Below are positions 24,400 to 37,400 of a stretch of 64,000 nucleotides of DNA, piece by piece (the stretch's first letter is position 1; every line of letters starts with the position of its first letter). The stretch is taken from the NCBI GenBank assembly GCA_965655095.1, contig OZ296648.1:73470001-73534000 (forward strand), written 5' to 3'. The notes beneath the pieces are model-generated. The model had not been told where the DNA came from. It was given only the letters and a program-made list of their open reading frames with translations, and did not search any database. A program made the translations under genes and the position numbers. Source of the DNA: Haplodiscus bocki. Taxonomy: Eukaryota.

Positions 24400-25950
24400 A
24401 TAGGAAATCCTCAATTGTCTCTTCAGTTTCCTGTTCTTTCCTCGTTACCACAATAAAGTCAGTTTTGTGGCTTTATTTTCTGAATTTATTTTCGACAAGC
24501 GAAAAAGTAATCGAACCAAAATCTTTCTCTTCTGCCGCAGCAGTGTTGTGTCCAGTATCTTGGCTTGCAGTAGTGACAGTAATTCTGCTTCGGAAGATCC
24601 TCGGATATCGATATCGCAATTTCTGGCGCATTATGCTTCCCGCAGAACAGTTTTCTCAATGCCGTTACATCGACGAACTTCGAGGTTTGTTCTATGAGCA
24701 GTATACGGTATCTTCATGGTCCTTCTGTGGCACTGCATCTCGAAAGATGTCACTTTTGAATTCATGCAGATTGTCAACGCTCTAGTCTCAGAGCCATATC
24801 TCAAATTGTGCAAGGTAAAACATTTCAATAGTTTCAATTTCATAGAAACACGCAAGTCTCCTCTTCGGAGCTCTTTTTTTCGGAAAAAACTTTACAAACC
24901 CTTTGAAATTCGAGCGGCTTTTTCACTATAGTCGGAGCAGTCTGCTTAGAAGTTTACCCCGAGGTTTTTGAGAAGAGAATTCCTGCCCTTATATTCCATT
25001 CACTGATATGTTCAGTTTTTTGTCCGGGCCTGGGAAAATGACTTTCAGGCTTTTTGTTTTCTTGACATTGATCTCAATATTGAAATTTGCTTCGAGATCG
25101 CACAATTCGGTCCTAAGTGTCTTGCAATTTTTCCGGTAAGTTTGAAGTCAGGACAATATCATCAGCATACATAACACGGTTGAATTTTAGACCGTCGGTA
25201 TTCATTGTTTTCGAGGCGTGGTTTTCGTAGGTACTATATAGGACTGGTGACAACACACAACAACCTTATCTCACTCCTCCATGTTTTTTTAACACCGCTA
25301 GGGGTCGTCTCTCATCGTGACTATTTGATTCAAATAAATAGACTTGATCATTCTTGGGCAACTTTCAGAAACGCCTCGGTTCTCAAATATCTCAAAAATT
25401 GGCATGATGCACTTGGTTTAAGGCTTTGGTGAAATCGACTAAGGAGATCGATATTGTCACCTGTTGATGAAGCTGGTCATTATAGTTTTTAGAACGGATA
25501 TTGCATCTAATGTTCCTTTGTTTGGCATGAACCCAAAAAAATTTTGGTCAAAAAGCGTTTAACAATGCCCAATTTGCAAAAGCGTTTTAAATGACCTGAT
25601 ACCGATTTGGTACCTCCTGAATTCCGCAGAATTCGCATATTGACCGCCGCGAAATACCTTACGCTTATTGGCAAAATATTTTGATTATCCACTAAGAAAG
25701 ATGTTTTCTGGGACGGGACAAGCATCGGTTTTCTTCATGAAGGGCCAATTTGACTGGAGGAAAATGCTGAAATTGGTCAAAATAAATTATGTAAAATAGA
25801 CGAAACGGCCACCAAAAGGTACTCCAAAGGTTTTTCATGGAGATAATTCAAAGCAGTTTTCAGATTTTGCTCAGTTTCATGAACGCTTGTTCATCTATAT
25901 CAATTTTTTGGTCAGTATGAAGTGTTAATGTCCAGAGATGATTATTTGTT
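24400..25950 (-). mobile_element. Decayed RTE-clade non-LTR retrotransposon (RT and C-terminal region)
   Basis: Minus strand VMYADDIV at 25175-25152; GVR*GC (GVRQGC motif) near 25280-25260; C-terminal KLKLLKC...LRYGSETRALT...VTSFEMQCHRRTMKIPYTAHRTNLEV (ORF 24631..24855), typical of RTE. Many stops and frameshifts; ends approximate. Confidence 0.88.
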
Positions 25951-27739
25951 TTTCCGCCATTTCGCATATCCGCCGTGATATGGCTTGTAGGGAGTTTTGG
26001 AGCTAAATCGAGCGTCCACAATACTGAAAAATTTAAAAAAAATAGTGGAAAATGTGCAAAAGTGGGGAGGATATAAAACTTTATTTATTGGTCACTTTTC
26101 ATCAAATGAAATCTTCTGTTATCAAAGTTCTAAGAATCTATTCTTCTTGCTGCTTTTTTCTCAAGCTTTTAGTTGACGAGATTTTGAGCTTCAAAAACGC
26201 TTAGTTTTGCTCAGGAGTTCATTTAATTATAATCAGTACTGTAGTTCTTATATTTAGAACTATCGGTTATTTTAATCAACGCGTTCTGATTTGTGATAAT
26301 ATCAGTTGTTTAAGGACTCGTTATGATTTAAAAACTCTGTCGTGAGAAAATTTATGTTTACACCTGCTTGTCAGAACAAATGGTTCCAAAATGCCAGAAA
26401 ATACTATATTCGAGAGCAGAACACACTCCGTTTGTTTGCAAATCTCGTATCGTTCGTTTAGTTCCACCTTCAAGAAGTAGCATCGATGTTTGAGTCTCGC
26501 CAGGAGGCTATTTTTACCCGTCCTCAATTTTTTCGACTACCCTTATTACCATTTTGCTGTGGATTAACGAGGAACTACTGCATGAATAGGATGGCTCCTC
26601 TGAAACTTAGTGCCTAACTAATTTCGGGTTAAAATCAACATAACTTTCCTTAGTGCCATACGGTTCCTGTTAAGTTAAAACTACTGTTTAATCATGAAAA
26701 TGTCGGTGCCATATGAATGAAATTTGCAATCGTTTCCTATTTTTTTGCAAGAATTTTGAAGTTTTGGAAGAATATATTTCGTCCGAAGTTGAGTTTATGC
26801 ACGCCAACATTCAGCAGCTGCAACGTTCATGCAAACTAGAGAGATCAGAGTATCAATATGTGAATAATAATTTTCCCGATGTTTTGGAAAGCCCAAGAGA
26901 ACCCGGAAAGTTAGCTAGAGTTCAAATTTCAATTGCCTATTGTCGAATCATCTTGAACATTTGACGTGTAGGAATTTGATCATATTTTGAATTGTTTGTG
27001 AGTCTCAAATTTGCAGCCTGGAACCAGCGCAAACTAGCTATTAAATTTCAATGCAATGAAATTTTGATTTTTGTTTGGGCTGTTGGAAGTGTGGAGTATT
27101 TTTGTTGCCAGAGACTTTTTGGAGTTACTACTTTTCCTCATTGGGCTGCAATTAGCCTAGGTTGCAAGGATACACTGCAGGAACTGCTCATTTCAGAAGA
27201 AAAGATTAAATATGAAATGTTGATCTAACGATAGTTTTGTTTGCTGTCGTTCCTTACTATCCATTTTGCCGTTTTACGAGCGGTTCCAGGATTAAATGGT
27301 TCCTGTTTTTGTTACTAAAACATAGTCGCTGCAAACCAGAACAAGCTGGTAATAATCTTGAGGCCACTTGGGAAGTTCGCATCCCGATAAATTTTTCGGA
27401 TGTCAGATTAGGTGTTAAGTAAACACATGCCATGATCTTCACGCATCAGCCCGACGCTGAGACTGCAAAGGTCGCTTGAGAAAAAAAATTCAGGTGGAAT
27501 TAACAAAAGTATTTTGTCTGGCGTACCAGGGCCAGTATCGAAGGTATGCTTGTGCCTGAGAGAAAACTGTTTTTCATAAATGTCAGTTGTTCATCAAAAC
27601 CCTGACTTTTAGTTAGTCAGGTACATACTGATCTACAATGAGTGGTCTAGAAGTCACATATGAAATCGAGCGACAGGCTTCGCCCTCTCCTCAAGCTACC
27701 GGAAGGAAAAGGCGGAAAAAAGTTTTAGGAGGAATAGCT

Positions 27740-29000
27740 AGGAAGCGAAACCCGGCGAGTCGGTCGAACATTCTGTAAGTTGTCTGCAGAAAAGACGCTC
27801 GGCTGAGTGTCCTTTACTGGGTTGGTTGCTGTCGATCTTTTTGGCGCTCAGATTTCATTGGGTGTCAAATCCCATAGGATTCAGACCACGCCACAAAGTC
27901 GAAGACGGATTAATCTTTGGTCCATTTTGCTTGCTCACGAAGCCATGGAATATACTCCGTCATCAGTATTCTCTAAAAGGGATTGATAGCCTTTTGCACT
28001 TGCTTCCATGACTGGAATGACTGTCGATTTGGATTATCCTGGTAGCAAGTTGGCATGGGGTTGATGGAAAAGGAATTGAATAGGTGTTAATGGTTTTTCG
28101 TTCTCAGGCTGATCTACGTGTAGCGACCTCGAGTTGAGGCCATCAGTTGCATTTGCTGAAATAATCGGGGGTCCCCGACTGAGAGTGCGGAATGATGATC
28201 GTTCTTTCGGTTGTCTGAATTATACGCTCCTTGTGAACACAGAGTGGCGTAGAGCGAGGCTTGTGTTTCCATCTCATTTCGGAAGCTTGAGGTATTTTGC
28301 GAAATGATTGTTTCTGTGGAGTTGCTTCTGAAACTCACGGCGAGCCCCAACAAAGTTTGTTATTGTCAGAGTGGAGGCCATGCTGGCCTATGTTAGCGAT
28401 AGATCGACGAAAACGGCTGTTCGTCAATGAAGGGTAATATTCCATGGGACAAGGTTTTTCACTAGACTATTCAAAATGAATTCGCAGTACTTCTCAGATT
28501 TCATACCATTCACAAGGTGAAAAGGACCGAATAGGTCCATGCCAGTTTTTTCAAACGGGTATGGTGACTTTATTGTTGGAAGGTGAATGCGAGGCAGAGG
28601 TCCGATCTTTGGCTGGCTATTTCAGCTTCAAAACGGTAGTCTATAAAACTACTCATAGCATTGATTGGGCGCAATGCTGTACAAACCCAAGATCTTGAAC
28701 CATTGGGTCGTGTATGCCTTGTTGGTCAAGTGCGGCAACATTTCGTGGTAATGCCACAGGAAAAGTATTTTGTTTGGCTCCGGTGAATCAAGTACGAGTT
28801 GTCACCGTCAGAAGGCGTTTCCGATGTGAACATCAGAGTGGAAAAGTTCATCGTTGTAGAGGAATTGTCAGAACGGCTGGTGTTTGTCTCGTGGAGATAT
28901 TCTAATCGTTGCAGATCCTTTATGCGGCGTAGCGGGTGTTAAAATAGTCTCAAAGGACAAATTCTGCGTTGTTTCATCGAAGTCGCAGGCGTTTCGACCT
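27740..29000 (-). mobile_element. Decayed BEL/Pao LTR retrotransposon integrase and C-terminal (DUF5641-type) region
   Basis: Minus-strand motifs in the expected order: PFEKTGMDLFGPF (~28558-28520), HSDN then TNFVGARREFQKQ (~28373-28322), LNSRSLHVDQPENEKPLTPIQFL (~28138-28070), EYIPWLREQAKWTK (~27957-27916). LTRs not identified. Confidence 0.9.
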
Positions 29001-30716
29001 CGTACATTTTTTCGGAGATAGAGATTGTATCAGACCTATGGTGCCGTGATCGGTCGGATTGGTGATTTGGGTTAACCGTCAAAACCCTGACTTCAAAAAT
29101 CAACCAGCCACGTATTTATATACAGTTACTAGTGGTTTGAAAGTGAGATTATTGACACATTTTACCTAACTTTTGTCCTTACTTTATCGTCAGCTTGCGA
29201 CATTGCGGGACAATAAGAATACAATTTTAATACCGCAATTATCTGAATGTTGTTGTGGCTACATTGTGGTCACTGCAACAAACCATATTGTCCCTTGAAG
29301 TATTGAGTTTGTTTGCAGTGTGACCTTCACACTTGTTAGCTACCCGCCAGCCGAATTACTTTGACAGCCGAAAAGATATCAAGACATGAAATAAGAAAGC
29401 GATCAGAATAAATGTTCAATGCAAATAGTATTCTTGAGCATTAGTATCCTGACCCTAAAACATGGCGCTGCCCTTTGGTGGTAGTTCACCATGACTTGAA
29501 AACACTCTTAGAATAGTTCTCGAACTTTGGATTGCCTGAGAAGTGACAAAAACACAAATGTTGTTTGTTCTATTGACCTCCCTTCGAATGTTTTAATCCT
29601 TGTAATGTTCTAATTCTTCATCAATCCAGACTTAATGATGATGTTAGTTGGAATTCATCATTCGCCGCAGACACTGATGAAGTTCAATAAATCGTGTACC
29701 TTCTAGTTCGTGCTGTGTTTGGTCGTAGACATAGACTCTATAAAAGCTTCCAGACGTCTTTGCTTCGTAGAGCGAAAGCGCTCAGGACAACCGTCGATCA
29801 TTTCAGTTATGCCAACCAACTATACCATCTATCTACAAAGTCATTGGGTCAGTTACGGGCAACGCTCGTCTGAGCGACAGCCTGATGTTGCAGTCAAAAT
29901 AATTAGTTCTTGTGTGACCTAACCCGGCATCCTACATTGCTTGTTTAGAGTTCTCGATTTTGTGCATCAGACTACTTTGCCTTGAGATGTCGAGATGTCC
30001 GGTATCTATAATTTGCATGTATTTGAATCGCAATGATAGCAGAGTTTTCTGAAATTATGGACGAAGCTTTTGACATTCTCTGACTTTGTATGCGAAGTTA
30101 CTTTCTGGCCATGTGAAACTCTTCTGAGTAACTGAAGAATTGATGCTGAATGCACATAGGAAAGTCAATTCCCTCCACCTCTCTGGGGAAAGAATCTTGT
30201 TACATTGGTTTTCTTCTGCTGTTCAAATGTAGTGAATATTTGAGGATTTGAGCCAGTTATCTTATTTTGAGGAAAAGTCATGGAATATTCAAGTTTGCCT
30301 TACCACGCCTGAAATTAGATACAGCTGTAACGGATTTTCGTTCGATTCAATTAATAGAAGCAGACAATGGAGTATCTGATTTCAAAAAGAAAAAATTGAA
30401 CGTATGCAGCACTGAGAAGGCTACTTTCGATTTCAGGAATCTAGTTTAAATATTTGACCTCTAATGTTCAAAATTGCCCGAGAACGGCAAAGAGTATTTA
30501 AAAAAGTCCTGGCGTTCAGTGCAATATTTCATTGACTGTGGACATCGATCGTACAACGACATAATACATCTAGAATCTTGGTCTGATGGTGCATTGATAT
30601 CAGCATGCTGAAGTCAGTGTACAGTAAAATATAGTTAAAAAAATAATAGGTTGTTGAATTTATTCTTTGTTGTTGTAGAAAATAACTTAAATGTTCTTTG
30701 AAAAAGAAATGAACAA

Positions 30717-30754
30717 GCCGGCGTGGCTCAGAGTTTAAGTCGTTCGGTTTGTTC
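30717..30754 (+). other. tRNA-like 5' fragment (A-box-like; possible SINE head)
   Basis: GCCGGCGTGGCTCAGAGTTTAAGTCGTTCGGTTTGTT resembles a tRNA acceptor/D-arm half; no B box follows. Confidence 0.3.
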
Positions 30755-33700
30755 TCAAATGCTCAAGGAGTACGTACCTCTTTGGTATTTGCCTTTCAAG
30801 AAATTGCTACAAGTATGTGCAGAGTGTGGTATCAACAATTCTTCCTAGAAAGCTTGGTTCAAATATCGAAAAAGTGTTGACACAAATTTTCATTTTGCAA
30901 AATACATTTTTAACGTATTTTTACTTTTTTTTGTAAATTCTCAGATACTTGGAATTTTTGTATATTATCGCTCATTTTGGCAGCAATTCCAAATTTTTAC
31001 CAAAAACTTTATAACGTTTTCAGAAGTAACCGATAACATTGAACGGTAAGCTCCTTTAATCTGAAAAAATGTTTCAAAATTGTTATGTGTTTTTGTGTAT
31101 TTTTTGCCAAGTCTCCAAAAAAGTCGCACTGTTTTGAAAAATTGTCATCTTTATTATGGGAAATTTGAAACTTGTGAACTTGATTTATTTCTTGGTATAA
31201 TTTACGAAATTAACGAAAAGCGCCGACTACGAAAAGTTGGTTGTTAACTTGAAATTCTTTTGTCCGTTCATGTTTATCAAAAACCCACTCTTGTCATCTC
31301 ATTTTTTTTCAGATGGCTGCGAAGTGTTGACTCTTCTACAAATTCAATTTTAATATTTTCGAGTTGTCTGTCTAGTGAAAAAAATCGAAAGCACCAGAAG
31401 GCAAAGTTTTTTGGTTATGATTTTTTTTTGGTGAAAATAGCCAAGAAAAATTGTGTTATGTGTAAAAATTATCGATACCAGAAACTCAGAAACACAATTT
31501 TTCGACAATGTGCAGCAAAAAAATCGTGATGTCCCCTCTAACGTTTGCCCACATTTTCAGTCAAGACAAATGGAGACTGCCGACTTTGAGCTGTTTCGGC
31601 TTCTTTGGTATTTCAGCACCGGTTTACTGGTAATGTTTGATGTTAATTTCTAAAGCAACTAAAACATTTGTCTCGAATAACAAAAGTGTCCTCCTTAGCA
31701 AGAAATGTCAAATTTGTGCCTGAAAGTTTAATTTTGAGCACCATTTTATGAATTAAACTAAAGCTGCAACTAAAAAATAGAAGTTTCGGGTTTTGAAGAT
31801 CTTTTAAAATTTCTAATTAAGACTGATTTTTCGAAATTCTGCATTTTTTTCGTCTGAGCTTACAAAATGAATCAAAAATTTCATATGGCACGGCATGGGG
31901 TACTATGCCGTATACAGTGTAAAACCGTATTTTAGACATCGTTTGAAAACCAGTATATGGCAAATACCGAATTCTCCATCAGTATCGACAAGAAGAGAAG
32001 GTGCAAAAATTTTTGGGAACAAATTTTGGTATATGCAAAGGGGGTATCATGGAAAATCTGGCTACTTAAAACTCGAAGTTTCGTGGCCATTTCCAAGGGA
32101 AGATGCGACTACCCGTTTCTAATTCTTTGATCTTTCTCCCGGGAAGGCATAAAGATGCCACAGATGCCTATAATAAAATTTCGAATTTTGTCAAAGATTC
32201 ACCGGAATTGTCCGGTATTTCTTGAAACAGCCGACTAAACGCCCCTAAAGCTTCAATAAGTTTTCATATTGAGGTGGTCGAGCCGAATGAAACATTTAAA
32301 TATGCTCATAAAGCAATAGTATGAATTGAATTCTTCGGATAGTTTTGGACTGCGCCGCCTGTAAAGCAGAAGAAATTTAAGGGGGCTATTTTTTTAAAAA
32401 ATCGTGGCTTTTCGAACAGAAATTTTGGTTAATCATGCATTTTCTGGTAAAAAAAATTATGTGGAAGTTTTTTTGTGGAAAAATTGAAAAGTTATTGGAG
32501 GGAGTCTTTGGTACAATAGATACTGCCGGTGAAAATGATTAGTTCCAAAGTTTTTGGGATATGCCTTCACCGAAAAAGTTTGGTAGAGGTTATCATGAAA
32601 TAGTTTGGACCTAAGGTCCAATTTTTTTGTAAACAAAAAGTACGGGGCTCTGAGTGACTTACTAGGGATTAAAGTTTGAAAAATTTATACAGAAACTGTA
32701 TTTTGAATTTGAACTGTTCGTCGGGTACTCAGTGAGGGAAAAGGCACTGTAATAATCGGGCACTTATGAAAAAGTGCTGACAGAAAAAAAATAAGTTTTT
32801 TCACTGAGCGAACAATATTAAAAGCTTGAAAGCTAATATTGCTATAATTTCATTCAACAAGGACTGAACGAACATTTTTGTTCTTCAAGTCTCTGCCCTG
32901 TGGAAACCAATCATGTATTAGTAGTCTTGAGACTACTAAATACTAAACGGTTTTTTGTCAAAACACCTAAATGAAGCCAGCTTTAAGGTTACTCCCCGGT
33001 AAAAATAACCATGTACATTAAGATTGCATTGTATGTAAAGTTGTGCAATCTTTCAAATGCGATTATGCTTGCAGTCGTGTTTTGGTCATGGTATTTATTT
33101 TTTAGTGGGCACTTAAAAAAAGTGCTCAACTATTACAGTGGCGTTTGTTTTCACCGCTTAAAACTACGGAGTGTTCAAAGTGTTCGGGCACCCATCAGTT
33201 TGAGGCCCAGGACTTTAGACGGGGAACATGAAAACATTTGTTCAATGTACACAATACCACCTTTACGTGCATCAAGAATTTTTACCTTTTCGAGAAAAAC
33301 TATAATTATGACAATTTCTCAAAGAAACTACTCCCTGGATAATTTCTGCCCAAGGGGCGGAGCCACTTGGGGCCGCTCCCGGCTTCTTTTATATCCAGGT
33401 AAACTTTCCAAGCAGTCGATTCCAGCCTTTTATTACAGAGCTTGCAACTGATTTTTTCCGTAAAAGTTCGCGCCTTTCCTTTTGAGGAAAAACAGTTTTT
33501 CTGCTTCCGTAAGAATGAAAAGATGGAGGTAGCGACTCCAATCGCAGTTGCTTGAAGGGTGCTCGAATAATCTCGATTACCTAAGATTCAAATATTCTCT
33601 AGATTTCTTTCAGGAAAATATACTTGAGATTGTCTTGAGAATTTTTAATTTTGAGAAAAATGTTCGCAAAATTTGGCGTTGAGCATGTTCAAAGGTTTCT

Positions 33701-34157
33701 GACAACGCTGATTAGCGCTTCAGCGAATAAGTGAGACGGAAACATTTCATTAATGATTGAAATTAGCGGTATCATTTTATTAGCGGTTTTCTGGATCCTA
33801 TGAGTGCTAACAACGATGAAAATGGCAGCCGTCCGATTTCTCATTAAGTTTGGACATCAATTCCAACAAGAAACACAGTCGCACTGCGATATTTTTTGTC
33901 AAAGATGTGTAGAAATGAATGATTGAACATGTAACAAGTGGTTTTCGATAGAGACCTTGTCGGAGGAATTCAAGCCTCTATTTTCTTGTTTGATTCTTTA
34001 ATTTGTAAATATTTTCCGTCGAAAAAAATTTCGAAAGGAAAATATTCAATTCAGTAGTCGGTGTCTTTTTTCTATTTCTTGAAACTGCCCATGACGTGCA
34101 GACTTCGTGTCTGCAGAGTCGTTGGTGTCTTGCATAATACATTGTCGGATGTCGCCG

Positions 34158-34210
34158 CGGCTGCGAATCCGTAGGTTGAGTGTTTGAATCCCGCTGTCCA
34201 CCATATTTTT
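34158..34210 (+). other. tRNA-like 3' fragment (B-box-like, CCA, T-run)
   Basis: CGGCTGCGAATCCGTAGGTTGAGTGTTTGAATCCCGCTGTCCACCATATTTTTT; GTTTGAATCCC approximates GTTCGAATCCC. Confidence 0.35.
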
Positions 34211-34492
34211 TGCATATTTTTAGATACTCGTTAACACATTCTTATTTTATAAAAGCAAAAAGGATTTTTTTTCGACAAAATTTGGGGTTTTCAATAAAAG
34301 ACCTCCCCCCCCCCAAAAAAAAATAATTCGGTTTGCAACATAACTGCTGCTACAAATAGTTTTTCTCCAGAATTTTTTTCAAAAATATGGGAACTTTTTT
34401 TCGATTTTCCCAAAAATCCGAGAAAAGTTTAAAGTTGATAGATCTGTTGGAAAATTCAACTATAAATGTCAGTAATTGAATTTTTTTCAACT

Positions 34493-37400
34493 TTTTGATA
34501 TTAGTCTCTTTTTCCATTATCCGAGTTTCTCCGCGGCCAAAAATACTACTTTAGTTTGAAATTGCATCTGCTGGAACATATCGTTCTGTGATTCTCACAT
34601 TGAGGAAATGGGTAGAACCGTAACTAGTATTGAAATTCCTAGAATTTGCAACTTACTTTTCTCCGAAAAAACCAGGTTCAATTCTTCCATCTAGGTCTCA
34701 ATCGAAAGCGTTCTACTTGTACAAGCGTATGCCATATAAAAATCTTTGCTTTTCTTCCTTGCGTCAGAATCTTGATATACCGGTAATGCGAAAAAAGTGC
34801 CATTTTTTTTGAAAACCTCGGTTATCGAATATTTTATTTCTCCCTAAATACCTGCTCGGTTCAATCTATCAAAATTTCATTAGATAGCTTTCAACTTGTG
34901 CCAAATCATTCCCCAGAAAACTGTTGATTCGTTCCTTGAATCAGTAACTTGATAGTCCAAATATTCCCAAAAGTGATTATTTATTTTGATACATGGTCGC
35001 TTTTCGATCTCATGTTTCTTGGTAACTACAGATTCGATTTGGTACATGGAAGTCGCACTCGAGAACTGTACCTTGGTCGATGAGTATTCAATAGAAAAAT
35101 ATTTTCCTTTTGATCCTTGCATTGGAATCTTGATAGTCCGGAAATTCTAAAGAGTTCTATTAATATTGATACATTTCGATATACGAACTCCCGTTTGGCC
35201 ATAACTACAAGTTTGATTTTTTCCGTCGAGATCTCAATCAAGCATTTTAAACTGGTGGGGAGGATTAATCTCAGATATAAAATAATCCAAGCCTTGGTTC
35301 AGGCTTCTGATAGCCCGACGCTTCCAAAATAAGATAATAATCATGATTCATCCCGAGATGTAATATTTTTTCTTTATTTACAGGCCTGATTTGTTCCATC
35401 AAAGTCTCAATTAACAGCTGAAACCTTGTGAAGGAGTATTCTATTGATGAACAAGTCGTTTTGTTCCCTGATTCGGAACGCTGATTGTCCAGTAATTGCA
35501 AAAATTGCTGTTTTTATTGATATCTCCATATTCAAACTCATCTTTAAACGTGAGTAAAAGCATGATTTCTTCCACCATGGTCTCTATCTTAAACATCACA
35601 CTTGTCATGTCGGATTTGTTTGCTAAATCATTCACTCGGAGCCTCGATCCGAATCCTGATAGTCTGAAAATTGCAAAAAAAATTGTTTTGAATATTGACT
35701 CATGTTATTCAATTTCAATTTTCTTCGTAACTCTAAGTTTGATTTCTTCCATCGAGGTCTAAATCAAGCGCCTTGCACTTCTGGACGTTGATCGGGTGGA
35801 AAGGTTGTCCACTCTGACTCTTCCATCAAATCGTGATTGTCCGAAACTTCCAAAAAGTGCTTATAGTAACGAATTATCTTGATATTCTAACTCATATTTG
35901 TCTGTAACTACAGTTTGATATTAGTCTCTTTTTCCATTATCCGAGTTTCTCCGCGGCCAAAAAAACTATTTTAGTTTGAAATTGCATCTGCTGGAACATA
36001 TCGTTCTGTGATTCTCACATGGAGGAAATGCTTGGAACCGGAACTAGTTTTGAAATTCCTAGAAATTGCAACTTACTTTTCTCCGAAAAAACCAGCTTCA
36101 ATTCTTTCATGTAGGTCTCAATCGAAAGCCTTCTACTTGTACAAGCGTATGCCATATAAAAATCTTTGCTTTTCTTCCTTGCGTCAGAATCTTGATATAC
36201 CGGTAATGCGAAAAAAGTGCCATTTTTTTTGAAAACCTCGGTTATCGAATATTTTATTTCTCCCTAAATACCTGCTCGGTTCAATCTATCAAAATTTCAT
36301 TAGATAGCTTTCAACTTGTGCCAAATCATTCCCCAGAAAACTGTTGATTCGTTCCTTGAATCAGTAACTTGATAGTCCAAATATTCCCAAAAGTGATTAT
36401 TTATTTTGATACATGGTCGCTTTTCGATCTCATGTTTCTTGGTAACTACAGATTCGATTTGGTACATGGAAGTCGCACTCGAGAACTGTACCTTGGTAGA
36501 TGGGTATTCAATAGAAAAATATTTTCCTTTTGATCCTTGAATTGGAATCTTGATAGTCCGGAAATTCTAAAGAGTTCTATTAATATTGATACATTTCGAT
36601 ATACGAACTCCCGTTTGGCCATAACTACAAGTTTGATTTTTTCCGTCGAGATCTCAATCAAGCATTTTAAACTGGTGGGGAGGATTAATTTCAGATATAA
36701 AATAATCCAAGCCTTGGTTCAGGCTTCTGATAGCCCGACGCTTCCAAAATAAGATAATAATCATGATTCATCCCGAGATGTAATATTTTTTCTTTATTTA
36801 CAGGCCTGATTTGTTCCATCAAAGTCTCAATTAACAGCTGAAACCTTGTGAAGGAGTATTCTATTGATGAACAAGTCGTTTTGTTCCCTGATTCGGAACG
36901 CTGATTGTCCAGTAATTGCAAAAATTGCTGTTTTTATTGATATCTCCATATTCAAACTCATCTTTAAACGTGAGTAAAAGCATGATTTCTTCCACCATGG
37001 TCTCTATCTTAAACATCACACTTGTCATGTCGGATTTGTTTGCTAAATCATTCACTCGGAGCCTCGATCCGAATCCTGATAGTCTGAAAATTGCAAAAAA
37101 AATTGTTTTGAATATTGACTCATGTTATTCAATTTCAATTTTCTTCGTAACTCTAAGTTTGATTTCTTCCATCGAGGTCTAAATCAAGCGCCTTGCACTT
37201 CTGGACGTTGATCGGGTGGAAAGGTTGTCCACTCTGACTCTTCCATCAAATCGTGATTGTCCGAAACTTCCAAAAAGTGCTTATAGTAACGAATTATCTT
37301 GATATTCTAACTCATATTTGTCTGTAACTACAGTTTGATATTAGTCTCTTTTTCCATTATCCGAGTTTCTCCGCGGCCAAAAAAACTATTTTAGTTTGAA

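Noticed and set aside
15359-25280. Alternative genetic code (TAA=Gln) suggested by TAA at 15359 and in the RTE GVR*GC motif
   Set aside because: Single C>T changes from CAA explain both. The TE remnants also carry other stops and frameshifts, and the gene model itself ends in TAA.
26300-33460. ORFs 26713..26964, 29710..29922 and 33011..33451 as genes; LTRs for the BEL/Pao remnant
   Set aside because: No motifs or splice support, and no paired direct repeats found around 27740-29000.
34493-35913. Canonical CENP-B box in the HOR
   Set aside because: No TTCG-N4-A-N2-CGGG match noticed by eye on either strand; not exhaustively scanned.
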